A stretch of DNA of 47,489 nt from assembly GCA_041500865.1 (NCBI GenBank), contig JBGQMY010000007.1, forward strand, positions 1 to 47,489. Reading direction: 5' to 3'. A program made the translations under genes and the position numbers. A model generated the notes under the pieces. That model saw only the letters and a list, made by a program, of their open reading frames with translations. It was not told the DNA's origin and searched no databases. Positions 45,662 to 47,489 of this stretch are shown here, in pieces. Source of the DNA: Candidatus Micrarchaeia archaeon (GTDB taxonomy: Archaea; Micrarchaeota; Micrarchaeia; Anstonellales; J096). Within the stretch, counting starts at the first letter, position 1. Each line of letters opens with the position of its first letter.

Positions 45662-46213
45662 TTATTTTATGCTTATCGGCTTCTTGCCTTCCTCTTTCTT
45701 CGCATGCTTTGCCTTCATAGTTATCTCAAGCACGCCGTTGTTGTACTTCGCGTCAATCGTCCCTTCGTCCGGCTCTTCCTCCAAATCAACGACCTTGTAG
45801 TACTGCCTTTCAGACGTTTTGACCTTTATCTCAATCTTGTCCTTGCCGACAATCGCCAGCTTTATGTCCTCTTTTTTGACTCCCGGCATCTCGGCAACCA
45901 CCCGTATGGTGTCTTTATCAGCTATGACATCAGTGAACGGGACCCTCTCGTTTCCCTTTTCCTCTTTCGGCGCTTCCTCAAACGGCTTTGCCTGCTTGAC
46001 GTTCCCGAATTCCTCTATGATGGGCTTGCCGTCAGGCCCAATCTTTATGCTTACGCCGTAAACCTTTGCGTTGGGACCTGGCTTCATGCCCCTCATGCGC
46101 TCAAAGTCCTCCATCATCTCCTTTTCCATGCCTGCGAAGATGGAGCTGAAGTCTGAAAAGAATGCGTCGCTAAACCCAAACCCGAACGGCCTCCTCTTTT
46201 TTGCGTCTGCCAT
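45662..46213 (-). CDS. hsp20: Small heat shock protein Hsp20
   Basis: VYGVSIKIGPDGKPIIEEFGN, VVAEMPGV.KEDI, AKYNNGVLEI. Confidence 0.92.
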   Translation of the reverse strand: MADAKKRRPFGFGFSDAFFSDFSSIFAGMEKEMMEDFERMRGMKPGPNAKVYGVSIKIGPDGKPIIEEFGNVKQAKPFEEAPKEEKGNERVPFTDVIADKDTIRVVAEMPGVKKEDIKLAIVGKDKIEIKVKTSERQYYKVVDLEEEPDEGTIDAKYNNGVLEITMKAKHAKKEEGKKPISIK

Positions 46214-46310
46214 GCCAACCACCAATAGGCAAATGCGGCAAAAGGGATTTAAGCCTTTTGCAGACCCCGGCCCAACCTCATTTTTAAACATATACGGACA
46301 CAATAAACCC

Positions 46311-47489
46311 ATGGCAAGGAAGGTCATGAAGGGCCTGTTTCCGCTGGTCCACAGGCAGCTTTCAGCAGAAACCGCGCTGATGCTTTGCAGGAGCGGCATA
46401 GTCTTCGAGCCGATTGGCTCAAAGGTTTTTGATGTGATGAAGAGATTGGAAAAGGCGAAATACGACAAAAGGCAGGCGCGTAGCCTGACTAGGGGCTTGG
46501 AGCCATGGCAGGCAGAAAGGATAATGGAAGGCCTGGACGCAAGGAAAAGGTGGATTGGCCGCGCGAAAAAGGTGAGTGAAAGCGTTAACAGGGCCTTGGA
46601 CAGTATCACTAAGGGCCTGAACGAAGACGACCTCAAACTGCCTGTGAAGTTCATCACGATGACCGAAAGGTGCAACAGGCATTGCCTGCACTGCATGGTG
46701 TCAGCAGACATGAAAGGGACGGTCATGCCGTTCAATGACTTTGAAAGGTACATCAACGGCCTTGTGAGGCTAAGCCCGGACACGGTAATGACAGGCGCAG
46801 GGGAGCAGTTCCTTTACGACGACAGCGGAAAGGACCTTGGCGACGTCGTCAAAATCATGCTGGAAAGATGCAAGTACGTGTTCATAAGGATAGTGACGTC
46901 GGGTATAGAGATGGGCAACGGTAACTCTCCATGGGCAAGGGCCGCGCACAAGCTTGCAAACCTGGGCGAAATGGGCAAGGAAAGGGTGTCATTATCACTG
47001 AGCGTGAGGAGCTTCGCGAACCGCAGGATGAAGGCGGCAAGTGAAACGCTTAAGTTTTTCATTGAAAACGGCATGCGCGTGTTCCCCAACCTTGAAGGCA
47101 TCACGTGCCACAAAGGCGATGACGGAAAGTTCCACGGCAGCCTGGAAGAACGGGACATGATGGTGAACGACCTGCTTGCCGGCTTCGGCATTGGCAGGCT
47201 GGAAAACATACGGACCAGCGTCGGATGCGACCCGGTTTTCGCATACATGGGCAACATGGTCGCGAATTACGGGCGCATTATAAACAACATAAAAGGGTAT
47301 TTCGGCAAGGAGAAGGCCGGAAAAATCATCATACGCAGCTGGGACAACTGCAGCGGCTCATTGGGGGACGCATGCAAAAGGAAGTGGTTAGGGCTTATGC
47401 CTGACGGAATCGTGACCCCGGGATGCTGCAGCTACTCATTCCCGTTCATGAGGCTCGGTTCAATGAAGGATGCCACGCTGGAGGACAGG
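46311..47489 (+). CDS. Radical SAM protein, partial; runs off the window end and is missing from the ORF track
   Basis: Manual translation from ATG 46311 (MARKVMKG...) reaches MTERCNRHCLHC (CxxxCxxC), then TGAGEQF and IVTSG; open to the window end. Confidence 0.8.
   Translation, partial: MARKVMKGLFPLVHRQLSAETALMLCRSGIVFEPIGSKVFDVMKRLEKAKYDKRQARSLTRGLEPWQAERIMEGLDARKRWIGRAKKVSESVNRALDSITKGLNEDDLKLPVKFITMTERCNRHCLHCMVSADMKGTVMPFNDFERYINGLVRLSPDTVMTGAGEQFLYDDSGKDLGDVVKIMLERCKYVFIRIVTSGIEMGNGNSPWARAAHKLANLGEMGKERVSLSLSVRSFANRRMKAASETLKFFIENGMRVFPNLEGITCHKGDDGKFHGSLEERDMMVNDLLAGFGIGRLENIRTSVGCDPVFAYMGNMVANYGRIINNIKGYFGKEKAGKIIIRSWDNCSGSLGDACKRKWLGLMPDGIVTPGCCSYSFPFMRLGSMKDATLEDR

Noticed and set aside
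45662..46783. 373-aa extended Hsp20
   Set aside because: The extension is antisense to the radical SAM gene; the real start is near 46213 with its own TATA box.

Overview
Archaeal chromosomal window, most consistent with a DPANN archaeon such as Micrarchaeota. Evidence: archaeal information-processing genes, eS26, a stand-alone 23S rRNA gene, compact gene packing, and many genes with TATA boxes ~25-30 nt upstream of the ATG. Housekeeping genes include rnp4, rnhB, rpoE1-spt4-rps26e, cdc6, sepF, pcn, tuf-rps10, rpl18e-rpl13-rps9-rpoN-tRNA-Pro-rps2, taw3, nth, ogg, ogt, radA, thiI, hsp20, a GGPP synthase and GGR. These are interspersed with orphan genes. Main findings: (1) a dispersed, tandemly amplified ankyrin family sharing a basic N-terminal leader, an upstream promoter motif and a C-terminal F-x3-F-x2-C-x3/4-stop (CaaX-like) tail; (2) a 271-nt group I intron in the 23S rRNA at L1923; (3) an 878-aa protein with a translocator-like hydrophobic region and a degenerate GGDEF-like domain, followed by a small partner gene; (4) an unannotated C/D-box sRNA with a large structured D'-C' insert; (5) a one-gene AT-rich islet at tRNA-Thr bounded by a 14-bp att-like repeat; (6) a HemK gene that appears to need a non-canonical CTG start; (7) a cluster of class III signal peptide (pilin-like) genes. 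All family calls come from motif recognition by eye; no searches were run.
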